Positions 30,936 through 32,000 of a DNA stretch of 32,000 nucleotides are shown here, piece by piece. Under the pieces are notes generated by a model. That model ran no database searches, had not been told where the DNA came from, and saw only the letters and a program-made list of their open reading frames with translations. The translations under genes and the position numbers were made by a program. Position 1 is the first letter of the stretch. Each line of letters starts with the position of its first letter. Source of the stretch: Candidatus Methylopumilus planktonicus (GTDB lineage Bacteria; Pseudomonadota; Gammaproteobacteria; Burkholderiales; Methylophilaceae); the NCBI RefSeq assembly GCF_006364715.1, contig NZ_CP040984.1, forward strand, positions 421,446 to 453,445, written 5' to 3'.

Positions 30936-30968
30936 CTAAATGATAATCATTCTCATTTAAAATAGCAA
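30936..30968 (-). promoter_or_regulatory. Fur box overlapping a sigma70-type promoter of the TonB receptor gene
   Basis: The plus strand CTAAATGATAATCATTCTC (30936-30954) matches GATAATGATAATCATTATC at 15/19, and at 14/15 over the core. On the minus strand the promoter reads TTGCTA-N17-TATCAT, and the -10 ends 6 nt before the ATG. Confidence 0.7.
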
Positions 30969-31112
30969 GGTAAACTATTTTCGAGTAGTTTTAAAAGCGA
31001 GCATTTTGTATCACTTGGGATAGCGCTTGTTACATGCATTCAACAGTATTGAACTTTGAAGGAATGAATAGCATCAAAGAAATATTGATTAAATTAATAG
31101 GTAACGCTAAGA

Positions 31113-31616
31113 ATGGCTAATGAGACGGTATATTTAGCAGGTGGATGCTACTGGGGTTTTGAAGATCTCTTAAGCAAAATACCAGGTGTCATTGAGACGG
31201 CTGTGGGTTTCTCTGGCGGACATGTTAAAAATGTCAGTTATCGAGAGGTTTCTTCAGGAACTACAGGGCATGCTGAAACGGTAAAAGTTATTTTTAATTC
31301 CGATATTTTAAGCTTTACCGATTTACTTACATTTTTTTTCAAAATGCATAATCCAACGACACTGAATCAGCAGGGCAATGATATTGGAACGCAATATCGA
31401 TCGGCAATTTTTGCGACAACGGACGAGCAAATTTTATTAGCCGAGGAATTAATTAAAAAGATTGATTCATTAGGAGTTTTAACAAAAAAAATTACTACCG
31501 AAGTTAATACATTTAATACATTTTTTCTTGCTGAAGACAATCATCAGAAATATTTAGAGAAATATCCAGATGGCTATACATGCCATTTCATTAGGGATAT
31601 TAATTTATCAGTTTAA
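31113..31616 (+). CDS. msrA: peptide-methionine (S)-S-oxide reductase
   Basis: 167 aa with the active-site motif GGCYWG (LAGGCYWGFE) and conserved GHAETVKV. Confidence 0.92.
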   Translation: MANETVYLAGGCYWGFEDLLSKIPGVIETAVGFSGGHVKNVSYREVSSGTTGHAETVKVIFNSDILSFTDLLTFFFKMHNPTTLNQQGNDIGTQYRSAIFATTDEQILLAEELIKKIDSLGVLTKKITTEVNTFNTFFLAEDNHQKYLEKYPDGYTCHFIRDINLSV

Positions 31617-31665
31617 TTGATAATGATTTATTCTATTTTCCTCAAATATCATATAATTTATCACT

Positions 31666-31830
31666 ATGGAAGATAAAAGATGCTGTGGTTCCGGGGTATG
31701 CATTATTAACTCAGAAGGAATATGTTGGTGTGGGCAAAAATGGGATGGAGATAAGCTATTAAAGCCAGAATCTAGCGAGGAAAAATTAAATACTTCCGCA
31801 AGTCCTAAAGCACCTAAAAAAATTAAATAA
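31666..31830 (+). CDS. Cys-rich small protein (54 aa)
   Basis: Not in the ORF track. The product is MEDKRCCGSGVCIINSEGICWCGQKWDGDKLLKPESSEEKLNTSASPKAPKKIK, with six Cys in the first 22 residues. Confidence 0.4.
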   Translation: MEDKRCCGSGVCIINSEGICWCGQKWDGDKLLKPESSEEKLNTSASPKAPKKIK

Positions 31831-31859
31831 TTTTTTAAATGTCTTTCTTTTAATTGAAT

Positions 31860-32000
31860 CTACTTAAGAAGCAGATGAAGCATTAAGCCAAAGTATAGAA
31901 AAGCAAAAATAGCCACAATCCAAAAAACCTTAAGCATATTAGAATTAATGTCTGCGAGTGTTTGATGAATTTTTTCTAGCAGTGCTTCTTGTTTATTTTT
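31860..32000 (-). CDS. C-terminal 46 codons of a membrane-anchored protein (the rest is outside the window)
   Basis: The frame is open from the window edge to TAG at 31860-31862. It ends ...NMLKVFWIVAIFAFLYFGLMLHLLLK. Confidence 0.3.
   Translation of the reverse strand, partial: KNKQEALLEKIHQTLADINSNMLKVFWIVAIFAFLYFGLMLHLLLK

Overview
AT-rich proteobacterial chromosome segment. From gene content and order it looks betaproteobacterial and methylotroph-like: pheT-ihfA-MerR-tRNA-Pro, a stand-alone pqqA, and a PQQ-type dehydrogenase. This placement is an inference, and all family calls come from motifs read by eye, with no searches run. Positions 1-7100 and about 23400-32000 look like ordinary core genes. 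These include pheT, ihfA, a Gfo/Idh/MocA oxidoreductase, an SDR, a Cry-DASH-like photolyase, a Fur-box TonB receptor with an HDAC-like amidohydrolase, and msrA. The middle (about 7130-23350) is an accessory zone anchored on tRNA-Lys(CUU). The 5' half of that tRNA plus its G-rich leader recurs four times in direct orientation. Two distal copies look like full-length tRNA relics with decayed 3' halves, each followed by GTGYGC repeats, and one of these is followed by a tyrosine integrase. This is the mirror image of the usual 3'-end tRNA integration. The integrase-bearing element also holds a FimB/FimE-sized recombinase flanked by 20-bp perfect palindromes, next to 600 bp of structured non-coding DNA. 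The zone further contains three copies of a cassette with a RodZ-like HTH gene, variable middle genes and, in two copies, a SoxS-sized AraC regulator. Other features there are conserved promoter/leader/terminator blocks, a G9 tract in a promoter spacer, C2HC zinc-finger mini-proteins and several paralogous small genes. Several small ORFs absent from the track, including pqqA, are also called.
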